A stretch of 64,000 nt of DNA from positions 5,221 to 69,220 of IMG/VR virus record IMGVR_UViG_3300042542_003631. The stretch is one strand, 5' to 3'. The first letter of the stretch is position 1, and every line of letters begins with the position of its first letter. The notes below the pieces were generated by a model. That model was not told the DNA's origin. It saw only the letters and a program-made list of their open reading frames with translations, and searched no databases. Of this stretch, positions 18,605-27,579 are shown one piece after another. The position numbers and the translations under genes are program-made. This DNA comes from a virus.

Positions 18605-18967
18605 TCCATCGCGCACGTCGTTGAGAATCAACGACATACGCGATGGATGACTGAGGCCGTGGTAGCCTGGTTCGATACCACTCAAATGAACACCCCTAAC
18701 AGCTTCGCTGTTGGGATTCAACGATTTACAGCTACATGCAACGAAGTTGCATTTCGCGCACGGCCCGCGCCACGCATCGGGAGCTTTAGCTCCCCTGACC
18801 CTGCCTCGTCAAACCTTGACCTCTCGCGCTACGCGCAGGCAACTCCGAAGGAGTTGGAACCTGAGGTTCTAAGCCCTCCAACCCTCCAACCCTCCATCGG
18901 AGCTACTCCGTAGCTCAACGCGCCTGCATCATGCGATCGCCACACGCAGGCAATTCCGAAGGAATTG
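18605..18967. promoter_or_regulatory. Cluster of short-loop hairpins upstream of the early genes
   Basis: At least 7 inverted repeats, most with GAA/TTC/TCC 3-nt loops. Confidence 0.7.
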
Positions 18968-19062
18968 GAACCTCGGGTTCTAAACCCTTTCCTCGGCAGA
19001 GCTATGGTGACGGCAAACATCGCCGCAACAACACAACACAACACCCTACCCACCAACACAAC

Positions 19063-19578
19063 ATGAGCACTGAACTGACCAACCCTGTCATCGCCCCTAA
19101 CACCGAAGCCACCGTCGCCGAAGGCAACAAAGCCCTTGCGTCCTTCGAGAAGGCCATGATCGCCTACAGCAAAGCTGTCGGCACCTTCAAGCAACGGACG
19201 GTGGCGACGGTCATCGCCCTCCGCGCCGAAGGCTACGATGACCGGGTCATCGCAACGGCCCTCCGGGCCGTCGTCGAGAAGCACGGGGTCTCCCGGCAGC
19301 ACCTCAACCGGGTGCTCACCGCGCCGACCGCCGAAGGCGGCGCCGGCATGGAGGCGGAGCGCAAGCATGAGAAGAGCGGCTCGAAGGGCCTCAAGGGCAA
19401 ACTCGCCAAGGATGCCGCCAAGGGCGGCGTCACCGTTGACCTCGGCGACGCGAACAGCCTGTTCGCCGCCCTTCTCACCCACTTCGACGGCAAAGCCGTC
19501 AAGGTTATGACCTTGGCGGAAAAGCTCTCCGAGCTTGCGCAGCAGACCATCGAAAGGGCGGCTAAAGCCGCCAAGTAA
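19063..19578 (+). CDS. Hypothetical first early protein (basic, Ala/Lys-rich)
   Basis: ATG after an A/C-rich leader; followed by a strong terminator. Confidence 0.75.
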   Translation: MSTELTNPVIAPNTEATVAEGNKALASFEKAMIAYSKAVGTFKQRTVATVIALRAEGYDDRVIATALRAVVEKHGVSRQHLNRVLTAPTAEGGAGMEAERKHEKSGSKGLKGKLAKDAAKGGVTVDLGDANSLFAALLTHFDGKAVKVMTLAEKLSELAQQTIERAAKAAK

Positions 19579-19598
19579 GCAGGCACGACGCCACCCAC

Positions 19599-19629
19599 GG
19601 GGCACCCTTAACAGGGTGCCCCTTTTTTT
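19599..19629 (+). terminator. Intrinsic terminator
   Basis: ggggcaccct-taac-agggtgcccc followed by T7. Confidence 0.9.
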
Positions 19630-19713
19630 GTGCCCTGATTCGGCGGGCCTACCGCTTGGAACCTAGGTTCTAAGCCGCCCTACGAAGTAGCAACCCCGCA
19701 ACCCTGACACCCC

Positions 19714-19968
19714 ATGCAACGCAACACCCTGCCCCCCTTCGGCGACCGCCTCGCCGCCTTCAACGCCCTGCCGTGGCCCCGCCACGACGCGGCCCCCCGG
19801 CCCCGCGCCGACATCCTCGGCGACCTCGCCGTCATCCGTGCGGCCCAGCCGCTCTACTGCGGCGACCGCGACCGCGCCCGCCGCCTTGAAGCGGAGCTTC
19901 AACACGAGTTCGCCCGCCTGATTGACGCCGAGTTCGCCGCCGCCCTCCGTGAGGACGACGACGGCTGA
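19714..19968 (+). CDS. Hypothetical protein
   Basis: 84 aa, between palindrome copies. Confidence 0.65.
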   Translation: MQRNTLPPFGDRLAAFNALPWPRHDAAPRPRADILGDLAVIRAAQPLYCGDRDRARRLEAELQHEFARLIDAEFAAALREDDDG

Positions 19969-20056
19969 CCTCTCCTTCGGAGGGCTTGGAACCTCAGGTT
20001 CTAAGCCCTCCACCCCAGCAACCCAGCAACCCAGCAACCCAGCAACCCCGCACCCC

Positions 20057-20266
20057 ATGAACGACACGCTCAGCACCGACCCCCAGGTCATCGCCCGATT
20101 CCTCCGCCGCCTCCGCCTGGCGCGCCGCCTCGTCAAGACCCGCCCCGCCCGTGTGGTCGACCACACGTCCGCCTTCCCCGGCCCCGCCGTGCGCCGGCTG
20201 AAGATGGGCCTGCGCCCCCGATGCAGGGGTGAAGGGTTGGAACTCAGCCAGTTCCCCGGCGCATGA
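20057..20266 (+). CDS. Hypothetical Arg-rich protein
   Basis: ATG after CAGCAACCC repeats. Confidence 0.55.
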   Translation: MNDTLSTDPQVIARFLRRLRLARRLVKTRPARVVDHTSAFPGPAVRRLKMGLRPRCRGEGLELSQFPGA

Positions 20267-20373
20267 CGGGGGCGCGTTGACCCTTCCCTCGGCAGTAATG
20301 ACATGAGCCGGAATGACCCGGCCATCCCTTAGAACCTCAGGTTCCAACGACAACGACAACGACAACAACACCC

Positions 20374-20640
20374 ATGAAAGCACCCTGCGAAATCTGCCAG
20401 TGCCCGACCGAGTCGGGCGAATACTGCCCCCAGTGCGGGGGCGAGGTCGTCACCCTTGACGACAGCCCCCCGGCCCCCAGCCGCAAGCCCTTCGTCGTGA
20501 AGCACGGCGGGCTGGAGTATCATGTCGAGCCGGACTCCGGCTGGTGCCGGGTCTATGACCCGGAAAACGAGGGCTGCTGGGCTGACAAAGGCCCGGCGGT
20601 GGAACTACTGCCGGAGTCCCTGCGCTGGCTCGTCGATTGA
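20374..20640 (+). CDS. Small zinc-ribbon protein
   Basis: CEIC...CPQC; between palindrome copies. Confidence 0.65.
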   Translation: MKAPCEICQCPTESGEYCPQCGGEVVTLDDSPPAPSRKPFVVKHGGLEYHVEPDSGWCRVYDPENEGCWADKGPAVELLPESLRWLVD

Positions 20641-20701
20641 CCCTTAGAACCTCAGGTTCCAAGCAACCCAGCAACCCTCACCCCCAGCAACCCACCCGCC
20701 T

Positions 20702-20926
20702 ATGAACACCCCACGATACGACCAAGCCGTCCACCTCGCCGCCACCCACTTCCTATCCGATCTGCCCCCCAAGGCTACGGCGCAGGAAATCTTCGACGCC
20801 CTCGACAGCGAGAAACTCCCGCCCGGATACGAGCTGTGCGACGTCATCCGCCTGCCGCAGGAAGATCTGCGCGAGTGGATTGAGAACCTCGCCCAAGACT
20901 TCATGGAATTTGCCGCCCATGAATGA
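20702..20926 (+). CDS. Hypothetical acidic protein
   Basis: 74 aa, between palindrome copies. Confidence 0.65.
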   Translation: MNTPRYDQAVHLAATHFLSDLPPKATAQEIFDALDSEKLPPGYELCDVIRLPQEDLREWIENLAQDFMEFAAHE

Positions 20927-21070
20927 CCCTTAGAACCTCAGGTTCCAAGCCCCGAAACCCTTTCCCCCTGCGGCGCGTTTGCCGTCGGTGGACAAACCCA
21001 AACCCAAAGACAACGACAAAGACCATGAAGAACGACCCTACCATCAAACCCCTGGCCCCCCCGCAAAGCG

Positions 21071-21673
21071 GTGGAGCACCCCCGCTACTCCGCAGCCCTG
21101 CTGCGGGCTGCCTCCGACCACCTCAGCAAGGTTCCCCCGGGCCTCTGCGGCCGCCAGATCGTCAGCCTGCTGAGCTTCGGCTCCGCCGCTGACATCGCGG
21201 CGGAGGGCATCCTCCTGTGGGACAAGCTCCCCCTCGCCCGCGATGCGGCCCACCGCATCGACACCGCCGCCCGCACCGCGCTGGCGCTGGAGGAGTTCCA
21301 CGCCGCTCAGGCGAAGGCCCCCGCCCCCGCCCCCGCCCCCGCCCCGGCCCCGGCCCCCGAACCTTGCCCTCTGACCGAGGCCATCAAGGCGGCGGGCATC
21401 CCGGTGCCCCCTCCCGACGTGCTCGCCCACATCAAGCGCGTCGTCGGCATCAAGCCCGGGGACAAGATCGAAGTCACCCGGACTGAGCCGGCTCCCGCCC
21501 AGGATGATGACCACGGCCTCCCCACGGAGTGCTTCATCGCCCTCCAGCGTGTGCTGCCCGGCATCCGTGTCGTGCAGCGCAAGGTGCTGTCCTGCCCCAC
21601 GCTCCCCGTGGAACTGGCGCAGTCCATCCTCGACATGACTATCGCCAAGGCCGAGCGGCTCGGGATCATGTAA
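21071..21673 (+). CDS. Hypothetical protein with APAP linker (true start may be 21025 across a C7 run)
   Basis: 200-aa ORF from GTG; the upstream ATG with a typical leader is out of frame by 1 nt. Confidence 0.6.
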   Translation: MEHPRYSAALLRAASDHLSKVPPGLCGRQIVSLLSFGSAADIAAEGILLWDKLPLARDAAHRIDTAARTALALEEFHAAQAKAPAPAPAPAPAPAPEPCPLTEAIKAAGIPVPPPDVLAHIKRVVGIKPGDKIEVTRTEPAPAQDDDHGLPTECFIALQRVLPGIRVVQRKVLSCPTLPVELAQSILDMTIAKAERLGIM

Positions 21674-21948
21674 CGCCAGCAGTGTCGGCGAACCGTAGCT
21701 CACCGGAACCTCTGAGCCGTGACCAACGATAGAAGTCTAGCGGCCTCGCCCACCGCGATTAACCAACGGGCTACCCCATTTCCCTCGTGTTGGGAACAGG
21801 GTGGGCCGGGCGTGGATGACCCGTTCTGTCTCCGCGTCCGGCCCTAACACCCTGCAACCCCGACACACCTCAGCCTTTCGGCCCGCCCTTAGAAAATGAT
21901 TTTCCAAGGCGCGCCGGGAACCCAAACCCAAACATAAACATAACGACC

Positions 21949-22377
21949 ATGAAAACCAAGAAGAACAACACCTCCACGAAGAAGCCCGCCGCCCCCGCCA
22001 CGAAGAAGCCCGCCGCCCCCGCCACGAAGAAGCCCGCCGCCCCCGCCACGAAGAAGCCCGCCGCCCCCGCCACGAAGAAGCCCGCCGCCGGGCATCCCAT
22101 GCTCGGCCGCCGATGCGTCGTCCGCACTTACTCGGCGGGTGTCCACATCGGCAAGGTCACCCAGGTCTCGCCTGACAGCATGGGCGTCCTGCTCACCGAC
22201 GCCCTGCGCCTGTGGGAGTGGCGTGGCGGTGGCCTGAGCCTCAGCGCCGTTGCCAACAACGGCATCAAGGGCGGCCGCCTGAACCGCACGGGTGAGGTCT
22301 ACCTCACCAACGTGATCGAGTTCATCCCGGTCACTGAGGCGGCGGACGCGACCTTCCTCAAGTTCATCGAGGACTAA
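21949..22377 (+). CDS. DUF6948-like protein with N-terminal PATKKPAA repeats
   Basis: VVRTYSAGVHIG...LRLWEW...LSAVA; 24-bp tandem repeat about 21974-22090. Confidence 0.65.
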   Translation: MKTKKNNTSTKKPAAPATKKPAAPATKKPAAPATKKPAAPATKKPAAGHPMLGRRCVVRTYSAGVHIGKVTQVSPDSMGVLLTDALRLWEWRGGGLSLSAVANNGIKGGRLNRTGEVYLTNVIEFIPVTEAADATFLKFIED

Positions 22378-22423
22378 CCCGACCTCCGGCGCAGGCAGCC
22401 TCCCCTGCCTGCGCCATCCCACC

Positions 22424-22717
22424 ATGAACACCCAGCACCACACCCCTCCGCCCGTCGACAGCCACGGCCCTGGCCACGGTTCCGGCTCCGGCAACGGCTT
22501 CGGCGACGGCGACGGCTTCGGCTCCGGCCACGGCAACGGCGACGGTTTCGGCGACGGCTCCGGCTCCGGCTCCGGCTACGGCGACGGCTACGGCGACGGC
22601 GACGGCTCCGGCTACGGCTTCGGCTTCGGCTACGGCTTCGGCTTCGGCTACGGCTCCGGCCTCGGCTTCGGCAACGGCGATGGCTCCGGCAACGGCGATG
22701 GCTCCGGCAATGACTGA
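22424..22717 (+). CDS. Glycine-rich (GxG) repeat protein
   Basis: GDGYGSG repeats; starts MNTQHHT. Confidence 0.7.
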   Translation: MNTQHHTPPPVDSHGPGHGSGSGNGFGDGDGFGSGHGNGDGFGDGSGSGSGYGDGYGDGDGSGYGFGFGYGFGFGYGSGLGFGNGDGSGNGDGSGND

Positions 22718-22721
22718 CCCC

Positions 22722-22958
22722 ATGAACACCCAGCACCACACCTTCCCGCCCTCCATCGACGGATACGCCCCAGGATCCGGCCGCGGCGACGGCTCCGGCC
22801 GCGGCTTCGGCTTCGGCAACGGCTCCAGCTCCAGCTCCGGCTACGGCTCCGGCCGCGGTTTCGGCTACGGCGACGGCTCCGGCTCCGGCTCCGGCTACGG
22901 CGACGGCTACGGCTTCGGCTACGGCGACGGCTCCGGCTACGGCTTCGGCCACGGCTAA
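22722..22958 (+). CDS. Glycine-rich (GxG) repeat protein, paralog
   Basis: Same MNTQHHT start, GYGDG repeats. Confidence 0.7.
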   Translation: MNTQHHTFPPSIDGYAPGSGRGDGSGRGFGFGNGSSSSSGYGSGRGFGYGDGSGSGSGYGDGYGFGYGDGSGYGFGHG

Positions 22959-23061
22959 CCCCCATGAACACCCCTTTCGGCTCAACCCTTAGAACCTCAG
23001 GTTCCAAGGCGAGCCGGGAACCCAAACCCAAACACAACAACACCCATACAAGAACACGACC

Positions 23062-24663
23062 ATGATTAACTCCATCCCACACCTCGACCCCGCCACCGCA
23101 ACCCGCGAAGAGATGCGTGGCTGGATCAGCAGCGCCGCCCGTGCGCTGGCCACCAGCATCCACGGATCTCCGACCATCGCCTCCCTGCGTGAGGTGATGA
23201 AGAGCGTCGGTTACCCGTCGCTCTCCTCCGTCATCGCCGAGGGCACCATGGAGACGCTCCGCAAGTGCGTCTCCGGCCTCACTGACGAGGCCTCCGTGCG
23301 CGGCCTGCTGCTGGGAGAGGCCTCCCCGGCCCCGGCCCCGGCCGCTCCCCCGGACTCCCTGCCCCCGCCTCCCGAGCGCATCCGCGTCATCGCTGACGAG
23401 GTCGCGGAGCTTGACGAGGCCACCCGCCTCGCTGACGAGGCCGCCGACCTGGCCAAGCGCGCCGCCGCTGCTGCCGCCGCCGCCCGTGCCGCCGCCACCC
23501 CTCGCGCCGCCGGGCTGTCGCCTGCTGACCTCGCCCGCATCGACGCCTTGGAGGCCAACGCCACCGAGACCGTCAAGACCCTGGACGTGTTCCGCACCGG
23601 CATGACGGCGCTGGCTGGCACCATCGACGGCATCAACGCCCGCCTCGGCCCCCTCGACGCCGTGCTCGACGCCCTCAAATCGAGCAGCGGTGGCGGAACC
23701 CCTGCCACCCTGCCGCCCGCCGCCGCTGCCGCCGTCAAGGCCGCCGTGTCCGGCGACCGCCTCCTGACCGAGGTGCTGCCGTTCTTCACGCCGGGCATCC
23801 CCCAGGGCAACCAGATTCCCTGCGTTGCCTCGCCGCCGAGCTTCGGCAAGACGTTTATGAGCGACGAGATTTCCCGTCTTTACGACGGCAGCTTCTTCCA
23901 CCCGTTCAAGGACAGCCTTGACGAGATTGACAGCCTCGTCGGCACCCTCATGCCCCGGGCTGACGGCACGTTCGCCGTGATCGACGGTCCCCTCGTCAGC
24001 GCCGCACGTCTCGCCAGCACCGGCGTGAATGTGCTGTTCGTCGGTGATGAGATCTTCAACGCATCGAAGAAAACCCTGGAGTGGATGCAGAGCTTCCTCT
24101 CGCCCCGCCTCGTGGAGTGCGTCAACCCTGACGATGGCACCACCAGTCTGCGCCGCTGCTTCGTCATCCAGACCAAGCATAGCTTGGAGGACGGCACCTT
24201 CGAGGTCATCAAAGCCCCGGAGGAGTGCCTGCACTTCCTGTTCCTCGGCAACCTGCGGAGCAACCCGCCGGAAGCCCTCATGTCCAGGTGCCGCCTGATG
24301 CGCTTCGACTACGAGGAGAAGTGGGCTGCGGAGACTGCTCTCCAGCGCCTCGTCGGCTACTCCGGCGGGGTGTTCTCCGGCGCTCCCGCCGAACGCTGGT
24401 CCAAGCAGTGGGCTGCGGCCATGACCGCTTCGCGGCAGGCATACAGCAAGATGGAGGTCAGCCGCCCGCTGTGCTTCCGATTCCTGATCGGCGCCGTCAC
24501 CCACGTCGCCCGCCAGCCTGATGCCAGCCTCACGAAGCTGACGGAATACGTCGCCAAGTGGGCACCCCACCAGATCGCCGTGCAGAATGCTGCCACGCAG
24601 GACACGGACGCCACCAGCGTCGCCACGGTCAACAGGATCATCGCCGCCACCTTCATCAAGTAA
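23062..24663 (+). CDS. MoxR/CobS-like AAA+ ATPase with N-terminal coiled coil
   Basis: Walker A SPPSFGKT, Walker B FVGDEIFN, sensor N in LGN, Arg finger ALMSR. Confidence 0.75.
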   Translation: MINSIPHLDPATATREEMRGWISSAARALATSIHGSPTIASLREVMKSVGYPSLSSVIAEGTMETLRKCVSGLTDEASVRGLLLGEASPAPAPAAPPDSLPPPPERIRVIADEVAELDEATRLADEAADLAKRAAAAAAAARAAATPRAAGLSPADLARIDALEANATETVKTLDVFRTGMTALAGTIDGINARLGPLDAVLDALKSSSGGGTPATLPPAAAAAVKAAVSGDRLLTEVLPFFTPGIPQGNQIPCVASPPSFGKTFMSDEISRLYDGSFFHPFKDSLDEIDSLVGTLMPRADGTFAVIDGPLVSAARLASTGVNVLFVGDEIFNASKKTLEWMQSFLSPRLVECVNPDDGTTSLRRCFVIQTKHSLEDGTFEVIKAPEECLHFLFLGNLRSNPPEALMSRCRLMRFDYEEKWAAETALQRLVGYSGGVFSGAPAERWSKQWAAAMTASRQAYSKMEVSRPLCFRFLIGAVTHVARQPDASLTKLTEYVAKWAPHQIAVQNAATQDTDATSVATVNRIIAATFIK

Positions 24664-24740
24664 CCCCTTCGGGGAGGGCTTAGAACCTGGGGTTCCAAGC
24701 TCTCCCCCGCAACCCTCACACCCTCACACCCTGCAACAAC

Positions 24741-25841
24741 ATGACACCTGCACCCACCCCTCCGCCCTCGCGCCCCGTGCTGACGCACCCCGAGTATCGC
24801 AAGGCGTTCACCGCCTGCACCCGCCGTGAAACCCGCAAGCCTGACGGCAGCGTCCGCCAGCGGGCCGGCTCGCTCAGCTACCTCGCCAAGGCCACCGCGT
24901 CCCGCGTCGTGGTCCGATACAACGAGGTTGACTGCCCCGCCCCCACCGCCAGCTGGCGCTGGGATGACGGCAAGCACCTGATCCAGGTCAACCCCGAGCT
25001 CCCGCAGCACTCCCTCGACGACGACAAGTCCCTGCCCTCCCGCAGGATCGACCTCGCGAAGGCTGCGATCACGCACGAGGTGTGCCACGGACTCTACACC
25101 TCCCGCTCCGGCGCGGTTGCGGCTGAGTCCGCCCGCGCCAAGGTCCCCTTCCGTCTGCTTAACCTGATGGAGGACTGCCGCATCGAGTGGAAGTATGTCA
25201 AGGAGCGCGGCAAGGAATTCAAGTTCGGCTGGCAGACCCGGTTCCCCGACCGCATGGTGCTCAGCACGGACCCGGTGTATAGCCCCATGCACTGGCTGCT
25301 GACCATGAAGCAGCGCGAGCCCATCACGTTCAAGTCGCTGGCGTCGGTGATGAGCCCCTACACCTGGGCCGGAAGGGCAAGCATCAGCTGCCCCACCGCC
25401 CCGTTCCCTCACTCCATGAAGCTCCTTGAGGGCGTGGACTGCCAGTTCAAGAGACTGGTCAACCGGTTCTACCAGGCTATCGTCGAAGCGGAGTCCACCG
25501 AGGCGCTGATCCCCATCGCCGCCTACTGGACCCTCTGCTTCGGCCGCGAGGAGACCAGTTCCCTGCCACCCATCCTTGTCCACACGGTGCCCGGCACCGT
25601 CGGCGACACGGTGGACCCGGCGGAGCCCGGAGCTCCCGGCTCCGCATCGACGGCGGAGTGCGCCACCCGCGAGGCCATGCACGCCCCCGTCACTGGCGAG
25701 CTCGGCGGCATGGAGCATATCGAGCGAGCCTCCATCGACGTTGACCGCGTGATGCACTACAACACCGACGAATACATCAAGCAGCGCCCGCGCCCTGGGC
25801 TGGTCCCCCTCGCTGTCTATGTCGGCGAGCTCGTGAAGTAA
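24741..25841 (+). CDS. Zincin-like metallopeptidase (CobT N-terminal-like)
   Basis: HEVCH followed by NLMEDCRIE. Confidence 0.7.
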   Translation: MTPAPTPPPSRPVLTHPEYRKAFTACTRRETRKPDGSVRQRAGSLSYLAKATASRVVVRYNEVDCPAPTASWRWDDGKHLIQVNPELPQHSLDDDKSLPSRRIDLAKAAITHEVCHGLYTSRSGAVAAESARAKVPFRLLNLMEDCRIEWKYVKERGKEFKFGWQTRFPDRMVLSTDPVYSPMHWLLTMKQREPITFKSLASVMSPYTWAGRASISCPTAPFPHSMKLLEGVDCQFKRLVNRFYQAIVEAESTEALIPIAAYWTLCFGREETSSLPPILVHTVPGTVGDTVDPAEPGAPGSASTAECATREAMHAPVTGELGGMEHIERASIDVDRVMHYNTDEYIKQRPRPGLVPLAVYVGELVK

Positions 25842-25864
25842 CCCTGAACCCCATCATCATCACC

Positions 25865-26611
25865 ATGTCCACCACACCTCCCCGATACGTCAACCAGATC
25901 CCCTCCTTCAAGCCCGCCGTCGCCCAGCGCGTCGCCAATGGCTTCGCCGCCGTGATGGAGCAGGCCGAGCCCGCCGCCGCCGACCCCTCGCCCACTGGCT
26001 CCCGCCTCAACCACCGTGCCATCTTCACCCACAACTATGGCAGCGCCTTCCTACAGCCGTCAGCCGTTGACGGGTGCCGCCGCGTCCTCCTGATCGTGGA
26101 CTTCAGCGGCAGCATGCTTGGCATGTGGCGGTCCGGCGCCGCCGAGTTCGTGTGGGGGCTGATGCAGTTCGCCCGCCAGGGCGGCTGCCACCTCCGCGTG
26201 ATCCTGACCGGAGCCGCCAAGGGTCCGGCAGAACTCCCGGTCGAAGCCCCCTTCGAGGTGTTCACGGCACTCTACCCCGGCCACGGGCAGGAGGCGTTCG
26301 CCACCACCATGCTCAACCCCGTCGTCCATGCGATGATGGAGGAGTCTGACATCACGATCTGCTGGACCGACGGTCAGCTGACCGACGGTTACGTTGACGC
26401 CATCCGCTGGCGTGAGCGCAACATCAACGTGATCGGCGCATGCCTCGGCGTCCCTGGCACCAAGGCGCACCACCCCACACGCGGCATGATCCCCCTTGAG
26501 GAGGCCATGTCCGAATACTTCCATGCGTCGTTCGTTGACGCGGACCCCGCACGCATGGCCACACGCATAGCCACCTGGGTGTCTGCCGCCCCGCTGCGCG
26601 ACCTCCAGTAA
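25865..26611 (+). CDS. von Willebrand factor A domain protein
   Basis: MIDAS motif DFSGSM, later TDG. Confidence 0.8.
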   Translation: MSTTPPRYVNQIPSFKPAVAQRVANGFAAVMEQAEPAAADPSPTGSRLNHRAIFTHNYGSAFLQPSAVDGCRRVLLIVDFSGSMLGMWRSGAAEFVWGLMQFARQGGCHLRVILTGAAKGPAELPVEAPFEVFTALYPGHGQEAFATTMLNPVVHAMMEESDITICWTDGQLTDGYVDAIRWRERNINVIGACLGVPGTKAHHPTRGMIPLEEAMSEYFHASFVDADPARMATRIATWVSAAPLRDLQ

Positions 26612-26701
26612 CACCTCACCACGGCGGCTTAGAAAATCGTTTTCTAAGCCGCCATCCCACCACCTGTGAAACTCCACATCATACCTGCATCACTGCAAAT
26701 C

Positions 26702-27070
26702 ATGGCCACCAGATCCATCCCCGCTGACCGCGCCAAGGTCACGCTGATTGACCAGAACAACCCCGACTTCCACTCCGTCTCCCTCGTGTGGACGGATGCG
26801 ACGCACCGCATCACCGACTTCCAACTCTCCCGGCTCGGCGAGGTCGCCGCCACGCAGGATGACCTGCTTGCCTGCCCACCCCGTGGGTGGGTGTCGCTGG
26901 TCGGTCGCTGCCAGGTCCGCCGAGGCACCTTCATCAAACTCCTCCCCCGCAGGCTCCGCCCCGCCCGCCCACGAACACAGAGCTCCCTGTCATCTACCTC
27001 CGCGGCAACCCCGAGCAGCGCTACCGATTCCTGGAGGACGGCGAGCTCATCGAAGCCGGCGACACCATGA
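26702..27070 (+). CDS. Hypothetical protein
   Basis: ATG at 26702; tail overlaps the next ORF out of frame. Confidence 0.45.
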   Translation: MATRSIPADRAKVTLIDQNNPDFHSVSLVWTDATHRITDFQLSRLGEVAATQDDLLACPPRGWVSLVGRCQVRRGTFIKLLPRRLRPARPRTQSSLSSTSAATPSSATDSWRTASSSKPATP

Positions 27071-27339
27071 TCTACAAATACGAGATCACCGAGGTGCGCG
27101 ACGGCCTGAACATCATCCCCAACCACGAGCCTTGGTGGTCAACTGCGGAGGGCTGCAAGGCCCACCCATCCAGCGAGAGCTACTGCTACCTCCGGCCGAT
27201 CACCCTGAGCCTGCGGGAGGCAGCGCTCCCCCTCCTCGACTACTGGTTCGGCAAATACCAGTTCACCTGCACCGACGACGAAGAGCGCCGCGTCTGGCAG
27301 GCAGTCATCGACAACCTTACCCCCAAAGAACCCACCTGA
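26971..27339 (+). CDS. Hypothetical protein (start uncertain)
   Basis: Protein-like frame NTELPVIY...YRFLEDGELIEAGD; no ATG before 27067. Confidence 0.5.
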   Translation, partial: TNTELPVIYLRGNPEQRYRFLEDGELIEAGDTMIYKYEITEVRDGLNIIPNHEPWWSTAEGCKAHPSSESYCYLRPITLSLREAALPLLDYWFGKYQFTCTDDEERRVWQAVIDNLTPKEPT

Positions 27340-27340
27340 T

Positions 27341-27574
27341 ATGAGCCCTGCAACCCGACCCCGCAACCCCCTGACCCGCAACCCCGACGGCACCGTCTCA
27401 TGGACGGCGCAGGAGGGCGACACCTACCTTGTCACCGGCACCGACCGCGATGGCAGGCGCTTCCGCGCCACCTGCTCCACATGGAGGCATGCCTCGTCGA
27501 TCAACATCTGGCGCGGCTCGCGCTGGCTGATCCGCGACGGCCGCAAGTTCCGCATCAACACCACCTGCAACTGA
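27341..27574 (+). CDS. Hypothetical protein
   Basis: 77-aa ORF, tightly packed. Confidence 0.6.
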   Translation: MSPATRPRNPLTRNPDGTVSWTAQEGDTYLVTGTDRDGRRFRATCSTWRHASSINIWRGSRWLIRDGRKFRINTTCN

Positions 27575-27579
27575 ACCCC

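Noticed and set aside
18659-18681. GGTTCGATACC as a tRNA T-arm fragment or attP
   Set aside because: Only a 3-bp stem, with no acceptor or anticodon arm
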